Source: Actinomycetes bacterium | Lineage (GTDB): Bacteria > Actinomycetota > Actinomycetes > Propionibacteriales > Nocardioidaceae | Reading direction: 5' to 3' | DNA length: 64,000 nucleotides | NCBI GenBank assembly: GCA_023460975.1 | Contig: JAEWOG010000090.1 | Span: 47,670 to 111,669 of the forward strand | In this document: positions 26,636 to 35,800 of the stretch, piece after piece | Numbering within the stretch: the first letter of the stretch is position 1 | Layout of the letters: each line of letters opens with the position of its first letter | Program-made: the position numbers and the translations under genes | The notes under the pieces: generated by a model | The model's input: only the letters and a program-made list of their open reading frames with translations | What the model was told of the DNA's origin: nothing | Databases searched by the model: none

Positions 26636-27674
26636 TGACCCCGATGGGCTCGTCCGACAGATCGTTCGGACCGTCCATCGTCGGCACAACGCCCAGCTTC
26701 TCGAGGATCTTCTTCTCGAGCTCGTTGGCCAGATCCGGGTTGTCGCGCAAGAAGCCGCGGGCGTTCTCCTTGCCCTGCCCCAGCTGATCGCCCTCGTAGG
26801 TGTACCAAGCACCCGCCTTGCGGATGAGACCCGCCTCGACGCCTACGTCGATCAGGCCTCCCTCGCGGCTGATGCCCTTGCCGTACATGATGTCGAACTC
26901 AGCCTGCTTGAACGGCGGAGCGACCTTGTTCTTGACGACCTTGACGCGGGTGCGGTTGCCGACCATGTCGGTGCCGTCCTTGAGCGTCTCGATGCGGCGC
27001 ACGTCGAGACGCACGGACGAGTAGAACTTGAGCGCACGACCACCGGTCGTGGTCTCGGGCGAGCCGAACATCACGCCGATCTTCTCGCGCAGCTGGTTGA
27101 TGAAGATGGCGGTTGTGCCCGCGTTGTTGAGCGCACCCGTCATCTTGCGCAGGGCCTGGCTCATCAGGCGGGCCTGGAGACCGACGTGGCTGTCCCCCAT
27201 CTCCCCTTCGATCTCGGCGCGGGGCACGAGCGCGGCGACGGAGTCGATGACGATCAGGTCCAGGGCTCCTGGGCGGATCAGCATGTCGGCGATCTCGAGG
27301 GCCTGCTCACCCGAGTCGGGCTGCGAAACCAGGAGCGCGTCGGTGTCGACTCCGAGAGCCTTGGCGTACTCGGGGTCGAGCGCGTGCTCAGCGTCGATGA
27401 AGGCGACGATGCCGCCGGCGGCCTGTGCGCTGGCGACCGCGTGGAGCGCGACCGTCGTCTTTCCGGAGGACTCCGGGCCGTAGATCTCCACCACACGACC
27501 CCGCGGCAGGCCACCCAGCCCCAGCGCGACGTCGAGGGCGATCGAACCGGTCGGGATCACCTCGAGGGGCGCGCGCGTCTCGTCGCCCAAGCGCATGACC
27601 GAACCCTTGCCGAACGACTTCTCGATGCTGGCGAGTGCGGCATCCAGTGCCTTCTCGCGGTCTCCACCTGCCAT
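26625..27674 (-). CDS. recA: Recombinase RecA (no intein)
   Basis: Canonical sequence throughout: [13 protein letters not shown]-like N-terminus, Walker [49 protein letters not shown]. Confidence 0.98.
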   Translation of the reverse strand: MAGGDREKALDAALASIEKSFGKGSVMRLGDETRAPLEVIPTGSIALDVALGLGGLPRGRVVEIYGPESSGKTTVALHAVASAQAAGGIVAFIDAEHALDPEYAKALGVDTDALLVSQPDSGEQALEIADMLIRPGALDLIVIDSVAALVPRAEIEGEMGDSHVGLQARLMSQALRKMTGALNNAGTTAIFINQLREKIGVMFGSPETTTGGRALKFYSSVRLDVRRIETLKDGTDMVGNRTRVKVVKNKVAPPFKQAEFDIMYGKGISREGGLIDVGVEAGLIRKAGAWYTYEGDQLGQGKENARGFLRDNPDLANELEKKILEKLGVVPTMDGPNDLSDEPIGVNDF

Positions 27675-27716
27675 GTGCGTCTCCTTGCTCCTCGTGGTGA
27701 TCCAGGTACATCGGCG

Positions 27717-27739
27717 ACGCTAGAGCGGCCCACTGACAA
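27717..27739 (-). promoter_or_regulatory. RecA-NDp (PafBC-type) DNA-damage promoter motif upstream of recA
   Basis: The minus strand reads TTGTCAGTG-GGCCGCTC-TAGCGT, matching the published mycobacterial consensus tTGTCRgtg-N8-TAnnnT. Its -10 end lies about 43 nt upstream of the recA ATG, and an AAGGAG RBS follows. Confidence 0.7.
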
Positions 27740-27807
27740 TCCCTGATCAGGATGTCGATCTGTGGAGAACGCCGGACTGCGTCGTACCTGTGGACAGGAG
27801 CCTATCC

Positions 27808-27821
27808 CGAACACTTGTTCG
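27808..27821. promoter_or_regulatory. LexA SOS box (Cheo-box type)
   Basis: CGAAC-ACTT-GTTCG within tcCCGAACACTTGTTCGAtc, compared with the actinobacterial consensus TCGAAC-N4-GTTCGA. It lies 134-147 nt upstream of recA. Confidence 0.75.
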
Positions 27822-27862
27822 ATCAGTGCTGGGGCTCGCGGCGTGTCGCAACCGAGCCAGAA

Positions 27863-29125
27863 TCAGCGCGAGTGACGCCAGATGACCGTCCCGCACGCAG
27901 CCACGCCGAGGGCGAAGACGGCCGAGACCAGCGCCAGACCGGCGTAGGAGTACTGGGCGACCACGACGCCCGAGATGGCACCACCAGCCGCCGCGGTGAG
28001 GCCCATCACGGTGTCCGAGACGCCCTGGACGTCGGTGCGTACGGCCAGGGGTGCCCGATCCGCGATCGTCGCCGCACAGGCCAGGGTCACCAGCGACCAC
28101 CCGACCCCGAGCAGGAACAACCCCGACGTGATGTGCCACGAGTGGCCCTCGGGCGAGTTCCCGGCCAGCAGCAGGGCCACCAAGAGCACGACCGCGCCCG
28201 CCATCACCACGGGGGCGCGACCGATGCGGTCGGCGACCCAACCGAAGACGGGCGAGAAGGCGTACATCCCCAGCACGTGCAGCGAGATCACCAGGCCGAT
28301 CACCTTCAGCTCGGAGCCGCCGTGCTCCATGTGCAGGGGCGTCATGATCATCACGGCGACCATCACCGCGTGCGCCAATGCCTGTCCGAGGACAGCGGCG
28401 CCCAGGGCACGCTGCTCAACGAAGGCGCGCAGGGCCCGGCTCAGCGTTGTCCCGGGCAACTCGACGCTGGAGTGCTCCGGATCATGCGCTGCTGCCACGC
28501 TCTGGGCCGTCAGCAGCGGATCGGGCCGCATCAGGAACCACACCACCAGACACGCCACCGCCATCACCACGCCCGAGAGCAGGAACGGACCCGTCAGCTC
28601 GGGCAGGTTGAGTCGTACGGCGAGCGCACCCGAGGGCCCCGACAGGTTCGGCCCCAGCACGGCACCCAGCGTCGTCGCCCACACCACCACCGACAGGTCG
28701 CGCGCTCGCGTGCTGGGCGGGGCGAGGTCGGTGGCCGCGTAGCGGGCAGCGGCGTTGGCCGCGGTGGTGCCGCCCAGCAGCAGCGCACTCACGACGAGCA
28801 GCGGCATCGAGCCGAGGACTCCTGCCACGACGGATCCCAGCGCCCCCAGTGCTCCCGCAAGCAGGCCGCTCACCTGGCCGATTCGACGCCCGCGCCGCGC
28901 CATGACGCGTGCCATGAGGTACGACGCCAGCGATGCACCCAGCACCTGAGCCGTCTGTACGAGTCCGGCCAAGGTCTCCGAGCCCGAGATGTCGCGAGCC
29001 AGCAGCGATGCCGTCGAGACGCCGACGGTGATGCCGATCGCGCCCACCACTTGCGCGAGCGCGAGGACCCCGACGGTCCTGCGTTGGATCCGGACGAGAT
29101 CGACAGCCCCAGCGGCCTCGTTCAC
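27863..29125 (-). CDS. MFS transporter
   Basis: 420 aa with 12 predicted hydrophobic helices and the MFS loop motif MARRGRRIG. Its start overlaps the DUF3046 gene stop. Confidence 0.8.
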   Translation of the reverse strand: MNEAAGAVDLVRIQRRTVGVLALAQVVGAIGITVGVSTASLLARDISGSETLAGLVQTAQVLGASLASYLMARVMARRGRRIGQVSGLLAGALGALGSVVAGVLGSMPLLVVSALLLGGTTAANAAARYAATDLAPPSTRARDLSVVVWATTLGAVLGPNLSGPSGALAVRLNLPELTGPFLLSGVVMAVACLVVWFLMRPDPLLTAQSVAAAHDPEHSSVELPGTTLSRALRAFVEQRALGAAVLGQALAHAVMVAVMIMTPLHMEHGGSELKVIGLVISLHVLGMYAFSPVFGWVADRIGRAPVVMAGAVVLLVALLLAGNSPEGHSWHITSGLFLLGVGWSLVTLACAATIADRAPLAVRTDVQGVSDTVMGLTAAAGGAISGVVVAQYSYAGLALVSAVFALGVAACGTVIWRHSR

Positions 29126-29316
29126 CGCTGGTTCTCCGGGAGCTCAAGAACGGCGTGGACAGCTGCCCAGACCTCCTTGGGCGCGACTCCTGCGGCCAGC
29201 GCCTCATTGACCGTACGCGAGCCCAGGGCCCCGATGACGGTCAACTCAGCCCAACTCGTCGCGTACGCGCTGCCCAGCGCCACGTCCATCCGCGCCCAGA
29301 ACTCGGTGTGCCTCAC
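29122..29316 (-). CDS. DUF3046-like small protein (recA-neighbourhood protein)
   Basis: 64 aa, MRHTEFWARMDVALG...SWAELTVIGALGSRTVNEAL. This family is characteristically found just upstream of recA in actinobacteria (an Rv2738c-like position). Confidence 0.65.
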   Translation of the reverse strand: MRHTEFWARMDVALGSAYATSWAELTVIGALGSRTVNEALAAGVAPKEVWAAVHAVLELPENQR

Positions 29317-29900
29317 CCCTGGACCGCCGCGCCCTGGTCGCCCGCCCAGCCGATGTCGTGCACGTGGTGGATGACATCGTGGAGGTGGTAGCGCCCCAGC
29401 GTGAGGACGGTGAAGGCCGAGCCGTTCGAACGCAGCCCCGTCCGCTCGTACTGCTCCGGCCCGACCGACGCGTACGCGCGCGCCACGGCCTCGGCTGCGT
29501 CGCTCAACTCACGCGCCACGACAACGGGATCCTGCGCGGAGTAGTCGTCGGCGAGCGCGGTGGCGTCCTGGTCCCAGTTGGCGAAGGTGGGGCAGTCGTG
29601 CGCGAGCATGCCAGCGAGCCGCTCCGCAAAGATCCTGTGCACGTCACGCACGTGGCAGGCGTACTCGAGCACCGACCACACCCCCGGCGCAGGCCGGGTG
29701 GCGGCCTGCGGGGAGGCCAGCGCGGCAACCCACCGCGGCGTCGAGTCGTTGATCAGTCCCGCAAGGTCAGGCACTTCGATGGTGGCGGCGGCGAACCCGC
29801 ACTCGGTGCATGGGCGCTCCAGCACCCAGGTCCAGTCCTTGGTGTCGGGCTCGGGCTGCGTCAGATCCACCCGCACATCCAACCACCGCCGCGCCGCCAA
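29313..29900 (-). CDS. DinB/MDMPI-like four-helix-bundle metal-binding protein
   Basis: EYACHVRDVHRIF and a C-terminal HLHDVIHHVHDI (His triad pattern), plus a CTEC near the N-terminus. Its stop overlaps the DUF3046 gene start. Confidence 0.6.
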   Translation of the reverse strand: MAARRWLDVRVDLTQPEPDTKDWTWVLERPCTECGFAAATIEVPDLAGLINDSTPRWVAALASPQAATRPAPGVWSVLEYACHVRDVHRIFAERLAGMLAHDCPTFANWDQDATALADDYSAQDPVVVARELSDAAEAVARAYASVGPEQYERTGLRSNGSAFTVLTLGRYHLHDVIHHVHDIGWAGDQGAAVQG

Positions 29901-29946
29901 CCCGCACCGCGCCTCAGCACCTCGCCCGTGACGAGCGGTGGACCCC

Positions 29947-31380
29947 TCAGGGGCGTTGGACGAGGTAGGTCGTCGTGCTCTCCACGTCGCCGCCCAGGAA
30001 CCCGTCCGCGCGCATCCGCTCGATCAGGTCCTGAAGCGAGCCGTCGGCCGACTCGTCGACTGCTCCCCCGCCCGAGACGTAGTGCGCCATCGAGTGGTTG
30101 CCCGCAATGTCGCGGGTGCCCTCGTCGAAGACGACGGTGACGCGACCCGGCTGGTCGGGGTTGCGCGCGCCGTCGAGCAGAGGCACGGCATCCCCCCGGT
30201 TCTCCAGGTGCAGGGCGTGGACGTCGTCAGGGAGCTGCGCCACCTGGGCCGTGGGCGACCCTGCTGTCACCACATGGCGCACCGTGAACTCCTGGCGGAA
30301 CTGGGGGTCAGCCGCCAGCGCGGCCGCCTCCATGCCGCCCTGGGAGTGTCCGACGAGCATGACCTGTTGCCCCCCGAGCCCGGCGTCCCGCATGGCCTGC
30401 GTGATTCCCTCGCCGTAGGAGGAGTCCAACCCACCGAGCACCTGATAGTTGGTGAGCATGTCGCGCGCGGAGCGGCCGCCCTCGGGGACAGGCGACATGT
30501 CATCGGTCCCCGGCAGGTAGACGATGTGGCGTCGCTCGCCATCCACGACGACTGTCTCGACCCTGATGGCACCCCTCATCGAGGGGTCGTCCGCGTCCAG
30601 GGCATTCGCAGCCGCGAGGCGCTCCATCAGCTCGCGTACGGTCGTGGCGCCGGCTTCCGCCCCGCTGGAACCCAGGCGCGTGACCTCCACGTCGGCCCGG
30701 TTGCCGAAGAGGTGGGCGAGCAGGCGCGCGGCATCTCCCGTCGTGGCCGAGCCGATCGGCCCGTCCCCTGAGTTGAGCCACCCCACGTTGCCCGGGACGA
30801 GACCGTCCACGAGGCCACCTCCAGCATTGGTGAGGTGCTCGACGAGCTCGGGGTGGTGGAGGACCACGTCGCCGAGCAGTTCCTCCAGTCGTGCGGCCGC
30901 CGCGTCTCGCTGGTCCGGACTCAGGCGTGCCCACAGACTCGCTCCTGCGAGCCCCAGCGCAAGCGGCACCACTGCGCCGGGCGGGGCCACGCCGGGAATC
31001 GGGGTCACCAGCAGCGATCCCAGGGCGTGGTCGAGGGCCTCGATGGCCGCTGCGGCCACGGCGTCGCTGGCCCGGAAGGCGTCCACGGTCGCCGAGATGA
31101 GCAGACCGTCGGCCGCCAGTCCCAGCGCACGCGGCACCAGGCCGTCCGCGCCCGTCGTGGCACCCAGCACGGCTTGCTCCGCACGTTGGAAGGTCGCGGG
31201 GCTCAGCACCGAGGACTCCATGAGGTCCGGGTCGAGCATCACAGCGGGCCCCAGTCGCGCCAGCGCAACGAAGGACTCCGACTCCGTGGCGTACGCCGCC
31301 GCGAGGGCGCTCATCTGGGCGTACCCAGCCACCACCCCGTGGCTGCCGCCCGTCACCGAGTCAATGGGCGGTGTGCTCAT
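29947..31380 (-). CDS. Protein with an Ala/Leu-rich helical N-terminal half and a C-terminal lipase-type alpha/beta-hydrolase domain
   Basis: ATG at 31380 (MSTPPIDS...) inside ORF 29947..31461; it overlaps the upstream gene stop (ATGA). Nucleophile elbow VMLVGHSQGGMEAAALA lies at about nt 30335-30360. Candidate acid and His residues are in ENRGDAVP and AGNHSMAHY. Confidence 0.65.
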   Translation of the reverse strand: MSTPPIDSVTGGSHGVVAGYAQMSALAAAYATESESFVALARLGPAVMLDPDLMESSVLSPATFQRAEQAVLGATTGADGLVPRALGLAADGLLISATVDAFRASDAVAAAAIEALDHALGSLLVTPIPGVAPPGAVVPLALGLAGASLWARLSPDQRDAAAARLEELLGDVVLHHPELVEHLTNAGGGLVDGLVPGNVGWLNSGDGPIGSATTGDAARLLAHLFGNRADVEVTRLGSSGAEAGATTVRELMERLAAANALDADDPSMRGAIRVETVVVDGERRHIVYLPGTDDMSPVPEGGRSARDMLTNYQVLGGLDSSYGEGITQAMRDAGLGGQQVMLVGHSQGGMEAAALAADPQFRQEFTVRHVVTAGSPTAQVAQLPDDVHALHLENRGDAVPLLDGARNPDQPGRVTVVFDEGTRDIAGNHSMAHYVSGGGAVDESADGSLQDLIERMRADGFLGGDVESTTTYLVQRP

Positions 31381-32255
31381 CGTGCCCCCGCCGGGGTCAG
31401 CAGAGCGAGGTGGCCGGCCAAGTCGGTGGGCCGGCAGCGGGTCAGCCGCACCGCCCGCCATCCGTCACGTACGGCCGGCTCCACGCAGCGCCACCCGTCC
31501 GGCAGGAGCACCCACTCCACGTCGCCGTACGCGACGTCCTCGCCCCGCCGGAGCACCCTGCGGGCGTGCAATCGTCCCACGGAAGCGCTCGCCAGAAGGA
31601 ACAACCACCGCGCCGCCACGAGCGCACCCACGACATCGAGCGCGGCCGCGCTGGGGCCACCAAGAACCGACTCGGCGCCGTCGCGGGCCAGCTCGTCGAT
31701 GAGGTGGGGCTGCCCGACTTCCACGGACCATCCGGCAGCCAACAGACACTCCCAGCCGACCTCGATGACGTCGGGGAGCGCCGCCACCTCGGCTGGCACC
31801 GACTGCTGCGCAGGAACCAGTGCGGCTCGCGTCAGCTCCATCCACCATCGCTGGGCTGGCAGCACGGCCCACTCGGTCGTGCAACCGTCAGCGCTCGAGG
31901 CAGCAACCACGGTGTCGCCGCCCAGGCGTTGCCGCGACGTGACCCGCGTCATCCGACCGCCCTGGCGCGCCAGCACCTCCACCTCCACCGCCTCGGCTGC
32001 CCCGTGCCACACCGACATCGCCTCGGCGGCCCCCGACGACAGCTGTCCGTCGACCATGAGCCCGAGCTCAGCCAGGGCGTCGTCCACCACCGAGGGCTGC
32101 GGCGCCTCGTCGGTGCAGGCATCGAGCCGCTCGGTCCAGTGCTGCCCCGTGGTTGCCGTCTCCCCCGCGCCTGTCGGCGGCACCGGGATGCCGGCGAGCT
32201 CATACAGGCGTTGCAGCTGCGCGGAGTCGAGCTGCACGCGCGTCACCCCACTCAT
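31377..32255 (-). CDS. Hypothetical protein, possibly an EspG-like chaperone
   Basis: ATG at 32255 (MSGVTRVQLDSAQLQRLYELAGIPVPP...) overlaps the upstream stop (ATGA). Its size (292 aa), its N-terminal ...L..L...LG.P.P pattern and its position between a WxG protein and a helical-N-terminus effector recall EspG. The product call is low confidence. Confidence 0.5.
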   Translation of the reverse strand: MSGVTRVQLDSAQLQRLYELAGIPVPPTGAGETATTGQHWTERLDACTDEAPQPSVVDDALAELGLMVDGQLSSGAAEAMSVWHGAAEAVEVEVLARQGGRMTRVTSRQRLGGDTVVAASSADGCTTEWAVLPAQRWWMELTRAALVPAQQSVPAEVAALPDVIEVGWECLLAAGWSVEVGQPHLIDELARDGAESVLGGPSAAALDVVGALVAARWLFLLASASVGRLHARRVLRRGEDVAYGDVEWVLLPDGWRCVEPAVRDGWRAVRLTRCRPTDLAGHLALLTPAGAR

Positions 32256-32704
32256 CGACGCGCCTGGGAGAGCGTGTCCGCAAAATCCAGCCAGTCGCGA
32301 TGCCCCGCCGGTGGTTCGCTGAAAGATGCCCACCATTCATCCGCACGCTCCGCACTCACCCCCACCGCCGCGACCAGACCCTCCGCCACGGCGGCCAACC
32401 GCGTCCTTGCGTCCGCCACGAGGCATCGGACTCGACGAGTGATCTCCTCGATGAGCTCCTTGAGGTCGTCCACGGCGTCCGCATGCGCGTGCAGGGTTGC
32501 GGCCGCCGCCTCGTGGGCGTCGGCGGTGCGCGCCAAGGCCCCGGCCCGCTGCCTCATCCGGTCCTGCATGGCGAGGGCGGCCCGCCCTTGCCACAGCACC
32601 TCCGCAGAGCTGCGCAGGAGCGCGTCGGCTCGCCTCCTGATCTCGTTGGCCTGGTCTGCGAGTCGTCGGGCGTGGGCCCTGATGACCGTGGTGTCTCCAT
32701 ACAT
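32252..32704 (-). CDS. Small all-helical WxG-motif protein (WXG100-like / T7SS-signal-like)
   Basis: ATG at 32704 (MYGDTTVIRAHARRLADQANEIRRRADALLRSSAEVLWQGRAALAMQDRM...) gives 150 aa. The WQG motif lies at nt 32585-32593 between predicted helices. A GGGGG RBS-like run lies upstream. Confidence 0.55.
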   Translation of the reverse strand: MYGDTTVIRAHARRLADQANEIRRRADALLRSSAEVLWQGRAALAMQDRMRQRAGALARTADAHEAAAATLHAHADAVDDLKELIEEITRRVRCLVADARTRLAAVAEGLVAAVGVSAERADEWWASFSEPPAGHRDWLDFADTLSQARR

Positions 32705-32868
32705 GGATGTGCCCCCGTCTGTGCTGTCGCCGTCCTTGGTGTCGCCGTCTGTGGCGTTGTCGTCCGATGCTCGCGAACCTCGCGTTGCCTGAGACGGGTC
32801 ACGAAGACTCTGTGGATGAGTGGGCGGGCCGCATCGGCTTGTGGACGGTTTCTGGCTTGCTCGTGCGG

Positions 32869-32890
32869 TGTCAGTGCCATCCGCAAGGAT
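32869..32890 (+). promoter_or_regulatory. RecA-NDp-like promoter motif positioned to give a leaderless lhr transcript
   Basis: gTGTCAGTG (32869-32876), N8 ccatccgc, then AAGGAT (32885-32890). The lhr GTG at 32897 lies 7 nt after the -10-like hexamer. The hexamer has one mismatch (A for T) to TAnnnT. Confidence 0.5.
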
Positions 32891-32896
32891 GGGCCT

Positions 32897-35800
32897 GTGA
32901 ACGCACTCGGCGACTTCCACTCCTCCACGCGTGAGTGGTTCTCTGCTGCCTTCGCCGACCCCACGCCGGCTCAGTCGGGGGCGTGGGGCGCCATCTCGTC
33001 GGGCCACCACACGCTCGTGGTCGCGCCCACCGGCAGCGGCAAGACCCTGAGCGCCTTCCTGTGGTCCCTCGACCGCCTGTTGCACCGCCCCTCCCCCCAG
33101 GAGCGCACGCACAGGACGCGGGTTCTCTACGTCTCGCCCCTCAAGGCACTGGCGGTCGATGTCGAGCGCAACCTGCGCGCTCCGCTCGTCGGCATCCGCG
33201 CCACCGCCGAGCGACTCGGCGAGAGTGTCACCGACGTGGCAGTCGGCATCCGCTCGGGCGACACCTCGCCCGCCGACCGCAGGCGCTTGACCACCTCGCC
33301 GCCGGACATCCTCATCACCACACCCGAGTCCCTCTTCCTCATGCTGACCAGCCGGGCGCGCGAGCAGCTCGCGGGAGTGGAGACCGTGATCCTCGACGAG
33401 GTGCACGCCGTCGCCGGGACCAAGCGTGGCGCACACCTCGCCCTGAGCCTCGAGCGGCTCGATGCCCTGCTCTCCTCACCGGCCCAGCGCATCGGGCTCA
33501 GCGCCACCGTCCGCCCGCTCGACGAGGTGGCGCGGTTCCTCGGCGGCCCTCACGACGTCCGCACCGTGGTCCCCACCTCGACCAAGTCCTGGCACCTCAC
33601 CGCCGAGGTCCCCGTGCAGGACATGACCACGCCCGCGGAGTACGACGACGACGGCGATCCACGAGCCGCCCGGTCCATGTGGCCCCACGTCGAGGAGCGG
33701 GTCGTCGATCTCATCCAGGCGCACCGATCCACCATCGTCTTCGCCAACTCCAGACGCCTCGCCGAGCGTGTCACCGCCCGCCTCAACGAGATCGCCGCCG
33801 AGCGGGAAGGCGAAGCGATCGCCCATGAGGGGGCGGTTCCGGCGCTGGTTCCCGGTCAGTCCGGCGCCTCGGCGGGCGCCTCCACGGTCTTGGCGCGGGC
33901 ACATCACGGGTCCGTCTCCAAGGAGCAGCGCGCAGCGGTCGAGGACGACCTCAAGGCAGGTCGCCTGCCCGCCGTCGTGGCCACCAGCAGCCTCGAGCTC
34001 GGCATCGACATGGGGGCAGTCGACCTCGTCGTCCAGATCGCGAGCCCGCCCAGCGTCGCCAGCGCTCTGCAACGAGTGGGCCGCGCCGGACACCAGGTGG
34101 GCGAGACGAGCAACGGGGTGCTGTTCCCGACACATCGCGCTGACCTGATCCCGACGGCGGTCGCGCTCGAGCGCATGCGCAGCGGCCAGATCGAGCAGCT
34201 CCGCGTCCCTGCCAACCCGCTCGACGTCCTCGCCCAGCAGATCGTCGCGGCCACGGCCATGGACACCTGGCAGGTCGATGAGTTGTACGCCCTCGTCATC
34301 AGGACCGCCTCCTTCTCGCGGTTGCCGCGCAGCGCGTTCGACGCGACCCTCGACCTGCTGGCCGGGCGCTACCCCAGCGACGAGTTCGCCGAGTTGCGCC
34401 CCCGCCTCGTGTGGGACCGTGTCGCGGGCACCATTGCCGGACGTCCGGGTGCTCAGCGGCTGGCTGTGACCAGCGGGGGCACCATCCCCGACCGCGGACT
34501 GTTCGGCGTCTTCCTCGTCGGCGAGGGCACCGGCCGCCGCGTGGGCGAGCTGGACGAGGAGATGGTGTACGAGTCACGTGTCGGTGACGTGTTCGCGCTC
34601 GGATCCACCAGTTGGCGCATCGAGGACATCACCCACGACCGGGTGCTGGTGACGCCCGCGCCAGGGGTGCCCGGGCGTCTCCCGTTCTGGAAGGGCGACA
34701 CGCTCGGACGCCCGTACGAGCTCGGCGCGGCGATCGGCGCCTTCACCCGCGAAGTCGCGGCTTTGCCGCCAGCGGCAGCGCGCACCCGTGCCGAGGAGGT
34801 CGGATTCGACGCGTGGGCCGCGGAGAACCTCGCCGCCTACCTCGAGGAGCAGCGGGAGGCCACGGCCACCCTGCCGCACGACCGTCAGATCCTGGTCGAG
34901 CGCTTCCGCGACGAGTTGGGCGACTGGCGGCTGGTCATCCACTCTCCCTTCGGGACGCCGGTGCACGCTCCCTGGGCCTTGGCGATCAACGCCCGCCTTC
35001 GTGAGCGGCTGGGGGTGGACGGCGCTGCCGTGGCCTCGGACGACGGCATCGTCGTACGCATCCCCGACACCGACGCGGAGCCACCGACGGCGGACCTGGT
35101 GGTGTTCGAGCCGGACGAGATCGACAGCATCGTCTCGGCTGAGGTCACCGGCAGCGCCCTGTTCGCGTCCCGGTTTCGCGAGTGCGCCGCCCGTGCCCTC
35201 CTGCTTCCACGCCGCGACCCCGGCCGCCGCAGCCCGCTGTGGCAGCAGCGGCAGCGGGCCTCGCAACTGCTGGAGGTGGCATCCGCCTACCCGTCGTTCC
35301 CGATCATCCTCGAAGCAGTGCGCGAGTGCCTGCAGGACGTCTACGACCTCCCCGGTCTGGTCGACCTCATGCGCCGGGTCGAGAGCCGGACGGTCGACGT
35401 GGTCGACATCGAGACTCCGCGGCCCTCCCCCTTCGCCGCCAACCTGCTGTTCGGCTACGTCGCGCAGTTCGTCTACGAGGGCGACTCCCCCATCGCCGAA
35501 CGACGGGCCGCGGCGCTGAGTCTGGATCAGGGGCTGCTGGCCGAGCTGCTGGGACGCGCCGAGCTGCGCGAGCTGCTGGACCCCGAGGTGCTCGCGGAGG
35601 TGGAGGCCGAGGTCCAGCGCCTGGCTCCGCGGCGGCGCGCGCGCAGCGCCGAGGGCATCGTCGACCTGATCCGCCTGCTCGGCCCACTGTCGACCGACGA
35701 GGTGGCGGCACGCTCCGCCGTGGACGACGTCGAGGCGGTGCTGACCGACCTTGCCCACGCCCGCCGTTGCGTGCAGGTGCGGGTCGCGGGCGAGGAGCGT

